From Haliotis rubra (lineage: Eukaryota): a stretch of 64,000 nucleotides of DNA. Under the pieces are notes generated by a model that ran no database searches, was not told the DNA's origin, and was given only the letters and a program-made list of their open reading frames with translations. Location: NCBI RefSeq assembly GCF_003918875.1, contig NW_025765346.1:124001-188000 (forward strand), written 5' to 3'. This document shows, piece after piece, positions 50,701 to 61,960 of this stretch. Both the position numbers and the translations under genes were made by a program. Position 1 is the first letter of the stretch, and each line of letters starts with the position of its first letter.

Positions 50701-53700
50701 TTAGGAATTATGTACTCATAAAATACAGTGATATGGCTGAAACATTGTTCCAAGTGGTTTTAGACGCAAATCAATCTTCTTCTCCAACTTCCTACAGCTA
50801 CATCTGTGCGCCTTGCAGGCGGCATGTTATTGTGCTCTCACCTTTATCCACTTTTCAATGCTTTATGCCTCTCATACGCGACTGAAAATTGACATACATG
50901 TTTGGACACAGAAATTCTACCAGTATTAATGGAAACAATTTGTAAAATATGTTTTATTCGTGCATATTTACATTGTTCATTTTGAAATCAAATTGACTGC
51001 TTTCATCATCGAACAAGCTATCAGAGACAAGGTTCAGCTTGCAGTCATCAGCATGGGAGACAGACAATGGACGTACACTTACACCAGCGAGTGCTTACAT
51101 AACCTGAGACGCAAACAAAGGCTGTGTCCTGAGACGTTGCATCATATCAGATCCCCAGGAATCTGTGATACAAAGCCTACTAAACGAGGAAAGCGCAGTG
51201 GTCGAAGAAAACAAAGACGTATTCAAGTTATACTCAATGTGTATCCTAAACAACCAAATAGTGTCAACATTGTTCATAGATTTATCAACGTTGACAATAA
51301 CATTCAAGTTCACCCTAAACCTTTCAGAGAATTATTACAACTCAGATTGTGGAATGCTCGTTCTTGCAGGAATAAATCTGTGGAGATTTCAGATTGCATT
51401 CTTGATGATGACATTGACGTTGCTGATATTACGGAAATGTGGCTCCATGACATCGGAGACGAAACACAGATTGTGGAAATGACTCCTGTAGGATACACAG
51501 TGAAACATGTTCCAAGGCTTCATTCGTTAGGCGGAGGAATTGCATTGTTACACAAAGAAGAACTGATCGTTGAATCAGTTTGTGTTAGTCATGAAGATTT
51601 TCAATCATTTGAACTAATGGAGGTGTTACTGAAGCATGATTCACAATCAGTGCGTATTGCTTGTATATACAGACCACCTCCTTCTAAAGCAAACAAACTT
51701 ACAAATATGGATTTCTGTAGGGATTTTAGTTTGCTTTGTGATAGATTGTGTGTCAGGAAGGGAAAAGTTCTTATTCTTGGGGATATGAACGTGCATTTTG
51801 ATAACTCATCTAAGCCCTTTGTTAAGAGAATACTTCACGTTTCGGAATCACATGGATTACAGCAGCACATACAAGAGGCTACACACAAGTCTTTCCATAC
51901 ATTAGACTGGATAGTCACTATGGATGCTGAGAACCTGGTGAAACATGTTCACATTGAGAATAGACAAATGTCAGACCACTTCTTGATGACTTTCACAGTG
52001 GACCTAATACACAAGGAGCTGTAGGGTTAAAGCACCGTGCATTGTCGCAATATCAAGAACATTCATATGGAGGAATTCAAGAATGAAAACGTTGAGTCCC
52101 TTGATAATACATGTGAAACCACTGATTGTCTGGTTGATAGTCTGCACACAACTCTTGCATCTTTGCTTGACATACATGCTCCATCTAAGGTGAAAAGAGT
52201 TAGGAAAAAGAACAATACTCCATGGTATTCAAATGTGATTCTATATGCTAAAAAACGCAAGCGAAGCGCTGAGCGTAAATGGAGGAAGAGTACGCTTGAA
52301 ATCGACAGACAAATCTACAACAGTGTCAGAAATTCTGTCAATACCCTTGTGGGGAAATGCAGAACTGATTACTACAATAAGGTTATTATAAGCAAGGCTC
52401 GAGATCCAAAAGCCTTGTTCTCCACTTTATTCACATTGATGGGGAAGAACTCGGAAGTTATTCTACCGGTTGGGCACGATGATTCTTCTCTGGCCAAAGT
52501 CTTCTGTGAGTACTTTTCTGACAAGATTTCCAATATCACATCCAACTTTACCAATGAGCAAGAGGTTACCAAAACTCTATGAGTACAAAGGATTTCCTAT
52601 GGATAGTTTCAGACCCTTGACTGAAACTGAGGTTCTGAAACTAATCGTGAGCTCAAAGCCAACTTTTTGCACTCTGGATCCGATTCCGACGAAGCTTTCT
52701 TGAACTTAATTGATGTGCTTTTACCTGTCACTACCCAGATCATCAACCTAAATTTACAAGCAGGTAAAGTGCCAGATTCTTTCAAGTCAGCCGTGGTCAA
52801 GCCATTGTTGAAAAAGTCTAACTTGGACCCAAGTTTGGTGAAGAATTACCAGCCAGTGTCCAATGTATCATTCAAATCTAAACTTCTTGAGAAAGTGGTT
52901 AAACTCTCAGACTTCAAGAGCATTTAGTTGCCATAATCTTCTTTACAAATACCAATCGGCCTACAGGACGGGACATGGAACAGATACAGCCCTGAATTGT
53001 GTTCTTAACGATATAAACATGAGTGTTGAAAGTGGTGATGTTTCTCTTCTGGTACTGCTCGATCTTTCCTCGGCTTTTGATACGGTGGATCACCAGAGAT
53101 TGTTAGCACGATTACAGTGTGAGTTTGGAGTACAAGGAACTGTTCTCACCTGGTTCAAGTCCTATCTGACGGACAGAAGACAATGTGTGATGATAAGGGA
53201 CACCAAATCAGAGAACATCCAACTGACATGTGGAGTTCCCCAGGGATCCGTGCTTGGTCCCGTGCTAATTACTCTATATACATGTCAACTTGGAAACATC
53301 ATACAAGATGTTCCACACCACTTCTATGCTGATGATTCCCAGCTGTTGAAAGGTCTTCCTCTGGACCCTCAGTTACAACAATCAGCTGTACAGGACATGG
53401 AATCATGCATTCAAGATGTCACGACTTGGATGGCAACTAACAAACTACAGCTGAACGTCGAGAAGACAGAAGCTATATTCGTCGGACCATCGTCTAGACT
53501 CAAAAAGCTTTGCGTCGATCATCTATCTGTGGGGACAGCTGACATCAAATTCTCACCGGTTGTGAGAAACCTGGGTGTTCAAGTTGATTCCAACCTCACT
53601 ATGACAGATCACATCAACTATCTTTGTCGTATCTGTTATTTCCATTTAAGGAATATTTACTCCATTCGCCAGCTTTTGACTGTTGACGCCACATCAGCTC

Positions 53701-55436
53701 TTGTGAGATCTCTCATATTTTCGAGATTGGACTGCTGCAATAGTCTCCTCGTCGGATGCTCCAAAGAAACTATATACAAACTGTAAACAAAATCAAGACA
53801 CTGCCGCAAGAATCGCAAGAAACCAGCTTGAAATCTCACATATCACCAGCATTGAGATCACTACACTGGCTTCAAATAACGAAAGGAGTGGATTTCAAAC
53901 TGTTGACTCTCATATACAAAACTTACCATTATCAAGCTCCCAGCTATTTCAACGATCTCATTGCTGTGTATGAACCTGCAAGAGATCTCAGATCTGCTCA
54001 TCAACTACAGCTTCAATTGCTGCCATACCGTATGAAAACTTTTGAATCACGATCATTCCAAATTGCTGCTGCACACAAATGGAATTGTCTGCCATTAAAC
54101 CTCAGGACCGTCCCAACACTTGATGCATTTAAAGCAAGCCTCAAGACTTGTTTGAGAATTACACTTTTCATCATGATGTATGTATGTTTGTGTTAGCGCT
54201 TTGGGCATGCTTTGTTGCGTGGAGATTAGCGCATTATAAGACTTCTCATTATTGTTATTATTATTACAAATATGAGCTCAGTGGGTTACGGTCAGTCAGA
54301 ATATGAACGGGAAGTGTTATGAATGGTTAAATAAATAAAATACAAACTGACTTCTAAAAGAACATCATCGACTTAAACAATGATATGGTCGTATATAACG
54401 ATCAACTGATGTCACATCACCCATCACTGTCAGTTTACCTGTGAACAAACATTTCATTGTCACAGAATCGCAAACAGACTGTTCTTCTGCATATGTTGGT
54501 TATAATAGCTAACACTTCCAAGGACCAGCACAGGTAAGAATGTTATTTACATGTGATATATTTCAAACAAATCAAATATCTGTTCTGCACACATCTGGGT
54601 TACTCATATTGACTTCAGGGGAACTTCCTTGTCGAAAGAGTGGTCAGGCTCTCTGACTTGGTTGACACACGTGTCATCGTATCCCAATCGCGTAGGCCGG
54701 TAACGATCCGAGTTTGAATTAGCCTTCAGCAACCCAGGAGGCGACTAACGGGATCAGGTGATCAGACTCGCTCACTTGGTTGACACATGTCATCGTATCC
54801 GAATTACGTAGATCGATACTCATGCTGTTGGTCACTGGATTGTCTGCTTCAGACTCGATTATTTAGAGAAAGCCGGCATATCTCTGTGGAAGTGATACAC
54901 ATATAGGCGTTTCGGAGATTACACTATTTAATTACTCAGGTGACGAATAAAGTTGATATCCATAAGTCCTGTTACAAATATATTACACTAAGAACATAAA
55001 CAGGATAATAGTTTGTTGTCAAGAGACAAACAACTTCAGGATATTGTAAAATTATGTGTCTGCATATAAGACTTTGCAAATTTGTTTCTTCGTAAAAAAG
55101 GTTTCCCTTTGAAACAGTAATGAGAAACATTCTTGACGACACACTTTTCATTCAGGGGTCTCAAGATTATTGGTTTAAAAGCAGAGGATAAGGAATTTGA
55201 GAAGAACATATTTGCGATAGGATCCCTAATTTTGTTCAGTATATACGTAGAAAGATCCCTCGGTTTGGGGTTCACAAACAACCCTGCCTGATACATGAAT
55301 ATAAGGATTTAATACCTTTTTGGGAAGGGTTGGATCCTGCAGGTTGAGTGAAGGAAGGAAGGAAGACTGAAGATGCTGGGCTCGCCTCAAAACCAGTAGC
55401 CACACAAAAGGACCCCAAAAGTAGTACACCGATCAT
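44770..55436 (-). CDS. Coiled-coil neck + F-type (fucolectin/FTP) lectin, ~328 aa
   Basis: Phase-1 exons: 55436-55316 (signal-like MIGVLLLGSFCVATG), 54486-54439, then 50061-49972, 48899-48786 and 47012-46905 (heptad-like), 45733-45512 (NLALGKPA...VVDG...CF...PWWMVDL...RRTD) and 45053-44770 (GRYVML...LTICEVVV). A possible extra donor lies at 44826. The lectin exons are firm; the upstream exons are moderately supported. Confidence 0.75.
45985..46435 (+). mobile_element. Family C repeat: 5'-truncated retroelement 3' ends (representative copy)
   Basis: Ends in TCACGATATGGCTGAAATATTGCCGATGT..(ACTC)n with variable 5' truncation. Other copies lie near 9085-9380(-), 9826-10280(-), 23867-23920, 38380-38436, 43645-44540(-), 59720-60000(-), 60180-60450 and 63700-63935. 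Confidence 0.75.
47923..48080. mobile_element. Palindromic MITE-like element
   Basis: TAAATAGAATCTCAC..TCGTGTCTT ... AAGACAC..GTGAGATTCTCTATTTA inverted arms. Confidence 0.6.
48226..48665. repeat. 44-bp minisatellite, ~10 copies
   Basis: Unit CATTTCATTGTGATGAGACAGTTATCTGCCAAATATCCTTATGT. Confidence 0.95.
50960..54266 (+). mobile_element. L2/Crack-type LINE, near-complete ORF2 (APE endonuclease + RT), inactivated
   Basis: Endonuclease motifs WNARS, ITEMW, IYRPP, GDMNVH, LDWI, SDHF. RT motifs LLDLSSAFDTVDH, GVPQGSVLGP, YADDSQL, and C-terminal HISPALRSLHWL. Stop at 52022 plus several frameshifts, and a (TTA)n tail. Lies antisense within a lectin intron. Confidence 0.92.
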
Positions 55437-57598
55437 TATTGCCCAAATACTTGTCAAGTGTGATGTCAGATTAAAAGCTACCTCGAAATATATACGAGAA
55501 ATACTGATTGTTATCTGGATATTGTCTAACGTCATTGTATACAGATTGGGATCAAAACTGAAAGGAACGACATCAATGGTTGCCTTTAGAAAAGCAACAC
55601 AAATGAATCTCCTTGCAAGTTTTTGTTGGATGAAATAAGAAAGGTCCTTTGTTTGCTTTATATTTAACTCCCTTTGCTCACGTCAGCTGAGCTTGCACAC
55701 GGCTAGCATGTTCATCCTTATCGTCTGTTGACATCTTGTTCTGTAAAGGCTCGTTTCCTCAAATCGACAATATTGTTTTGATTACTCAGATCACACGACG
55801 AATTTGGAGACAATTTCACAGCCTAGTCCAAATGAAAAAGTTATTTAAGATCAGGTGCTTTTAGGCCTACTGCTATCTGTACATATTTCAAGCATATGCT
55901 TAAAATGTCTAAATTGATCATCTTAAGAAATCTAAATAAATGATATTTTCGGGACTTGCACTGAAACCATTTCCTGTTAAACTAAACTCGGTAAAGAAAA
56001 AGGACTTGCGATACCATAATAGTTAACTCATTTAACATGGTGAAAACTGGAACACATTTACCAAAGATCATTCTTTTCATGTCAAAGGGGTAGCTATAAT
56101 TATGAGGGTATGATGTTGTAAAGTATGTTATCATACTTTTCATATTTCAAAGAACACTGAAAAATTACATGTACTTAAAAACGCAGAGATAACGATGGCC
56201 CCATGAATGAATTTATTCACTGTTTGTTTTTAAGAATTATAGTCGATTTGGTAAACAGACAATGTATGCAGAGCACATTTTAACCATTTTAACTATCAAC
56301 TTCATAATGTTTTGCTATACTTCAACACACAAACAGGAAATATGCAGGGGAAAGTGTGCTTAAGGTAGATTTTACATCACTAGGTAATGAGTTACTCATT
56401 CTTGAACCGTTATGATAAATGTCTGCTGCAAACATAATCTTGACGTTGTGTTGTGGGCCTTGCACTTTCCTGTAACGTATGTTACCAGCTTGTAACAATT
56501 AACAATCACATTTCAACACTAATCGTTTTGTATTTAAATGTAACATAAGCCTCTATTTGAGACAATAGGAACACTATCTTTGTTCCTAGCTTTCATATTT
56601 TTTTCAAAATAAAACTTATTCATTCAGTTCTTCGTGTAACGTGAGTTACTAAGTAATAACCATTACAAATTAACGATTAACTTTCCAAACTAATTTTGTA
56701 AAGGTAACCTCTATTTCGGATACTCAGAACAACTTCCTAGGTGGTCAATGTTTCAAAACTGAACACGTGGAATCTAAAAACAGAGCTGATTAATGAGTTA
56801 TTTTTTTTGTTTTGTAAATTGTGTAACGTATGTGTCCGTAACTGATGTTTTTTTTAATATTGCATATCTATCACCGTTGCAAGGTGTAATGGTTAATGAA
56901 CTTGTGTATGTTAAGTATGAATATCTTGGTAACCTAATGTTTGCAACAAATGACAATAGTTCATAAAATGTTCCTTTTATAAGCATGGGGCAGTAACGAA
57001 TGTTTCATTTTTAACCATAACTTTTACAAAATTAAACATATGGAACACATTTGGCAAACGTTGACGTTTATTTCTATTTGGAGGTTTTTGTTTTATGAAA
57101 CACAGAACCTGATTAGAAAAATAGCATTATTTTCATATTGTTATATCTCTTGATTACACACTTATGCAACACACAATATACTGGGTTTGAAGGCTTGTCT
57201 GACATTTACAATTTTGGCATCAACCAAACAACTATTGATTGTAGAAGATTTCAGCAATGTTTCACTGTGTTGTGCAATGAAATACACAGACGAACTTAGG
57301 AGTCAGGTATTTGGGGGAACTTCTTATAGATTATCTTTTGATAAGCTATTGATATTTATTATAAAACCAACAGAGGTTTTACGAGCGACAGTAACGTATG
57401 TATCAGTTTGATATATGTTTAACATTAATTTTAGAAAAGTGAAATGTTTTTATATGTTTTTCTTCTATAACTTGTTTCTGCCAGTCACACTAAGGACAGC
57501 ATTGACACAAACATTGATAGCAAAGCTTTGTTACCTTTGGCAGACAATGGCGACCAATATGTACAGTTCTATTGAGAAAGTGCTTGTTGAACAACCTA

Positions 57599-57726
57599 TA
57601 CTGGACAAAATAGTTAAGGGTATATGTAAATTTTGAAATTATGAATAATGATCTATTTATTCCTTGACACACTGATAAAATATCAATCATAAAAATACCA
57701 ATATCCCTAACTTATTTTGTCCAGTA
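57599..57726. mobile_element. ~130-bp Tc1/mariner-type MITE, copy 2
   Basis: Same sequence as 5106-5233, with TA flanks. Confidence 0.8.
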
Positions 57727-57743
57727 TATATAAAACAATTTAC

Positions 57744-57890
57744 CTTTGGGGTCAATCCCACCAACCATGCCAAATAAAGTTGGTCGCCCATCAAAATTAT
57801 CTAGCACTTGTTGCTCGGGTACAGTTTGTGAATCAGCTCTTGGTACACCGCCTGTTGGTGGTCTCATAGAAGAGCTTCTGTTTGCCTTGG
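57744..57890 (-). CDS. Candidate orphan phase-1/phase-1 exon (49 codons), possibly an upstream exon of the lectin gene
   Basis: TCTCTTAG acceptor, open frame KANRSSSMRPPTGG...GGIDPK, AAAG|GTAAAT donor. No homology recognised. Confidence 0.35.
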
Positions 57891-58221
57891 CTAAGAGATA
57901 ATAGTTCTTTCATTACATTAATAAATCATGGCACGTTGGAAAGTAAACAAGTATTCAAACATCAAATAATCCAACTGTATGGCCAGACAATCATGTATGT
58001 AATTACCTTTTCATGTTACATAATGATTCTGGTCAAATGCAAGTAAAATACAAAAGTATGCTGTGAAAGAAACCAGATTTCATGTATCTGAATTGCATTT
58101 TACCTTTCTATTTAATATTTTGAAACTTTCTTCACTTGGGTTCACTCAGCATTCTGAGGCCAGATCGACCTCTTCTGTAACACATAGCTATCTTTCTATT
58201 TATTAGTCCCGGGATGTATAA

Positions 58222-58303
58222 AATGAATGAATGAATGAATGAATGAATGAATGAATGAATAATAAACAAACGAATAAGTAAATAAATAAATAAATAAATA
58301 AAT
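58222..58303. repeat. (GAAT)n/(AAAT)n microsatellite
   Basis: Direct reading. Confidence 0.9.
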
Positions 58304-58544
58304 TCCATTCATACTACGTCTTTTGTCGTAGTACATGTACCACCGCCATATAGCTCTAATATTGCTGAGTGCGGCGTAAAACTCAACTCACTCGTAGAAC
58401 CAGCTTACAGAATAGTTACAAATAGGCTGATTTTTTCATATGCTATTTACAAATAAACCCTTGAAGGTTTCTTGTGCACTTATGTTAAAAATATATCTTA
58501 AATGCGGAGTATTTTAAATATGTTTAGTCCAGCTTATCACCCAG

Positions 58545-58700
58545 TTAGGTTATTCCATGGAGTCGAGTAGGCAGGTGATTGCCTTTTCTTCAAACTGGTC
58601 CTTTGACATCCGTCCGAAAAGGCCTTCTCTCCAGGTGGTTGTGTGCCTCGACTAGGATGACTTCCTGTTCTCTAGTCCAGTTGCCCTTTCTTTTACTCCA
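58545..58700 (-). pseudogene. Myb/SANT-like DNA-binding fragment (Harbinger-type), degenerate
   Basis: KRKGNWTREQEVILVE resembles the first helix of Myb/SANT-like domains, and the frame then breaks. Confidence 0.4.
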
Positions 58701-60930
58701 TACTAGGTACGTTGCAGCAGACAAAGTAGGTCTAAGTATTTAAATCTTCATTACACAACTTTATGAGTAATATTAAGAGCACCAATCCCCTCAGTTGAGA
58801 TAAAATAAGGTTCATTCTGCTTAACCACAGCTCCCCGGGGAAAGAACTCGGTAAATGAACCATTGGTGTGCTGTCGAAACCAGAATACACACACATATAT
58901 AAAATATTCATACATTTGGACAAACTGTATCTTGTTTGTGATGACTCACTCATTCCATTTCTATTGTATAAATTATTTTCGTCACGATATAGCTGTGATA
59001 TTGCCAAATGACGTTAAGTATTAACTCACTCACTCACGTGTTTGTGATGAACCGCACGTAGACAATGCCGAGATCTTATTATGGATGTAATTTTCAAAAG
59101 AATGTTAAAAGTAAAGCATTTACAAAATATACCCATCGGGACAATGAAGAACTAGCATGACAATTTATGACCAGAAGAGATCCCAAATGTATGGTCGCCA
59201 GTGACTTGAGTGACTGCTCCTCGCAGTGTTCTGTCCAGTCGAAGCCTCGCATCGTGCGCCTTTTCATCTTCTAAGACACTTGAGTTATGTATTTTTGTCT
59301 TGACTTCACATGGCTTAAATACGCATTGACCTCAAAGACAAAGAAACTCTCCTGTTCTAATTGCCATTCAACATGAAATTAATAGTGTGATTTAGTCAAT
59401 CAAGTACCATGTGAAATGTTACTGCAAAAGAACTCCATTCTTATGAATCCTTGGAAGTAACGGGCATCACAAAATTTGAAACCGAACGTGAAAAACAAAA
59501 TCAATGATACCATCTATTGAGCGCACGTGAAGGTCGTCGGTCATGTTTGCACAACTGTTAAGGTTCAAAGTTTCAGAATTCTCGCCTTGACCTGTCAATA
59601 TCCGATTCTGAACGTATTGCTAACAGACTACAAGAAAATAGATAATTATTCACTTGGGTTTTAGAGCATTCATTCAGTGTGTGACCTAAAATTTGACTTA
59701 TAAATGATATTGTAATGTAGAGTGAGTGAGTGAATTAAGATTTTAAGTCACATCGGCAATATTTCAGCCATATCATGACTAAAAACAAGTTATAACTTCA
59801 TGCTAAATATAGGTATATTATAAAACCCTGTCTCCAAAGGACAGAAATATACCTAGTTTATCACAGATTTCAATCTTAAACTAGTATTGAACTCTAAAAC
59901 ATTTTAACTATATATGACAATACAATATTAAAACAGGCTACAGATTGCCAGCAGCTGAAGGTGGATCACCATACTTGGGACCATCGGCACTTACAGTATT
60001 GTAATGTTAACAAGCGTACATATATACATTCATTTTAGATATGACTTTGTATTTATAATGGACCTGTGTAAAAGAGGTTTATTCGCTATATGGCTGAAAT
60101 AAGACCGATGTGATGGGACATTTTAACTCATTAATGCAATCGTACAATATATGTAATCTATATTCATGGCAAACTTAGTCCATAATCACCAACAGGTACC
60201 AGGCATGATGACTTTCAGTTGCTGGCGATCCTTAACCCGTTTATATTGCATTGTTTACTTTAATAATATCGTTTTATGACAACATGGAAGTTTCGCCTAA
60301 ATATATGTGATGCTGTAGTAGTGTTACTGTTCTTCGACAACAGGTTTTTAAATTTCTAATTTTATTGATCTTTAATATAATGATTAATTGTTCTCGTCAC
60401 GATATGGCTGAAATATTGCAGGTGTGACGATTAATATTCACTAACTCACACTACATTCCAAAAGTAATCTTCAGTATAAATGCTTTCCCAATAAATTTCT
60501 GTGTCACTCATTAATCCCCTTGGCAACAAGTGAAGATTGGCTCATTTTCTGAAATGATTATGCTAATTATATGAAAGATTGCGTATTTAATTCGCGATGA
60601 TTTTCTGTGTTTGGCGCCTTCAAACACAACATGTTTAAGGCGTACAAATTTCAATTGTACGTGTATACAGCCGAGACAGCACTTCATTAAACAGTTCATG
60701 TCATTTTGACATTGTACTGTAACTCTCTCTCATCACAGTTACATAGACTGGTGCTGGAAATTGCTTCCAAAAGTTGCCAGGAGCCCGGTTATGCTGTATT
60801 ACCCCTTGGCATTATCTAGGCAAAACTGTATGCTAAATACTTCCTTATGAGTAAATGTTTCTTTCCCCAGTTGTTTGAGGTTCGTCTGTGTAAGGTCGAA
60901 CTTTAACATAGTCATGTTCCTCTACATTCA

Positions 60931-61110
60931 TGGGCGGTGGGGTAGCTTAGTGGTTAAAGCGTTCGCTCGTCATGCCGAAGGCCCGGGTTCGATTCCCCAC
61001 ATGGGTACAATGTGTGAAGCCCATTTCTGGTGTCCCCCCGTCGTGATATTGCTGGAATATTGCTAAGAGCTGCGTAAAACCCAACTCACTCACTCACTCA
61101 CTCACTCACT
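60931..61110 (+). mobile_element. tRNA-derived SINE family A, young-looking copy with (CTCA)n tail
   Basis: Intact A/B boxes and a long ACTC tail. Confidence 0.9.
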
Positions 61111-61212
61111 CTACATTCAACTGGCTGAATAGAATGAACAAACATACTGTCCAGTATCATTTCTTCTCGCGACAATACTTAAGCTTCGTATCTACAATTA
61201 ATAACATGTCTG

Positions 61213-61490
61213 GTTTATCTTGATTCTCCAATAAGGATTATGTTATCTTGATTGACCAGTAAGGATTATGTTATCTTGATTCTCCAGTAAGGAGTATGCT
61301 ATCTTGATTCTCAAGTAAGGATTATGTTATCTTGAGTGTCCAGTACGGATAGTTTTGTCTTGAGTGTCTAGTAAAGATTATATTATCTTGAGTGTCCAGT
61401 ACGGATTATGTTATCTTGATTGTCCACTACGGACTATGTTATCTTGATTGCCCAGTAAGAATTGTGTTATCTTTATTGTCCAGTAAGGAT
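61213..61490. repeat. 28-bp minisatellite, ~10 copies
   Basis: Unit TTATCTTGATTCTCCAGTAAGGATTATG, degenerate. Confidence 0.9.
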
Positions 61491-61829
61491 TCTAATAAAG
61501 ACCACTTGCTGTATAAAACAGACTGTGTGCAGGCACTGCTCAAAAGATTAGTGTCATATACTATAACAAACATTGTGGACATGTACAACATTTTCGTTTA
61601 AACACTTGATTATATTTAGGAATTTCGTGTATATTGGCCTTTCCATTTGTAGATCGATGTTCATGCCGTTGATCACTGGACTGGTCTTGACTCGATCATT
61701 TACAGACCGCCGCCAGATAGCTGGAATTTTGCTTAAAACTGAGGCGTAAAACTGAACTCACTCACTCATTTGTACGATTATGTATTAAATTGCCACTGGA
61801 TGTATCTTCACGTCACAGTGAGCAGCTCT

Positions 61830-61960
61830 TCATCTCACAATGGCTGCATCTCGTGATGATAGAAACTGACCAATGAGGCGCTGGATTTCCAGACGAGCAT
61901 TTTTCAAGTCAACACTGTCTGAAGTGGAGGATGGGAACATGGCTGCCACGTGACCGACGC
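61830..61960 (-). CDS. Candidate terminal exon of a gene lying beyond the window end
   Basis: TGTTGCAG acceptor, phase-1 open frame VGHVAAMFPSSTSDSVDLKNARLEIQRLIGQFLSSRDAAIVR*, locally higher GC. Confidence 0.3.

Noticed and set aside
55680-59275. Further exon-like segments (55682-55740, 58104-58174, 59133-59271)
   Set aside because: In-frame stops or phases inconsistent with the phase-1 chain.
61213-61490. Shared CCAGTAAGGA between the 28-bp and 40-bp arrays
   Set aside because: A 10-nt match with otherwise different units; common origin is unsupported.
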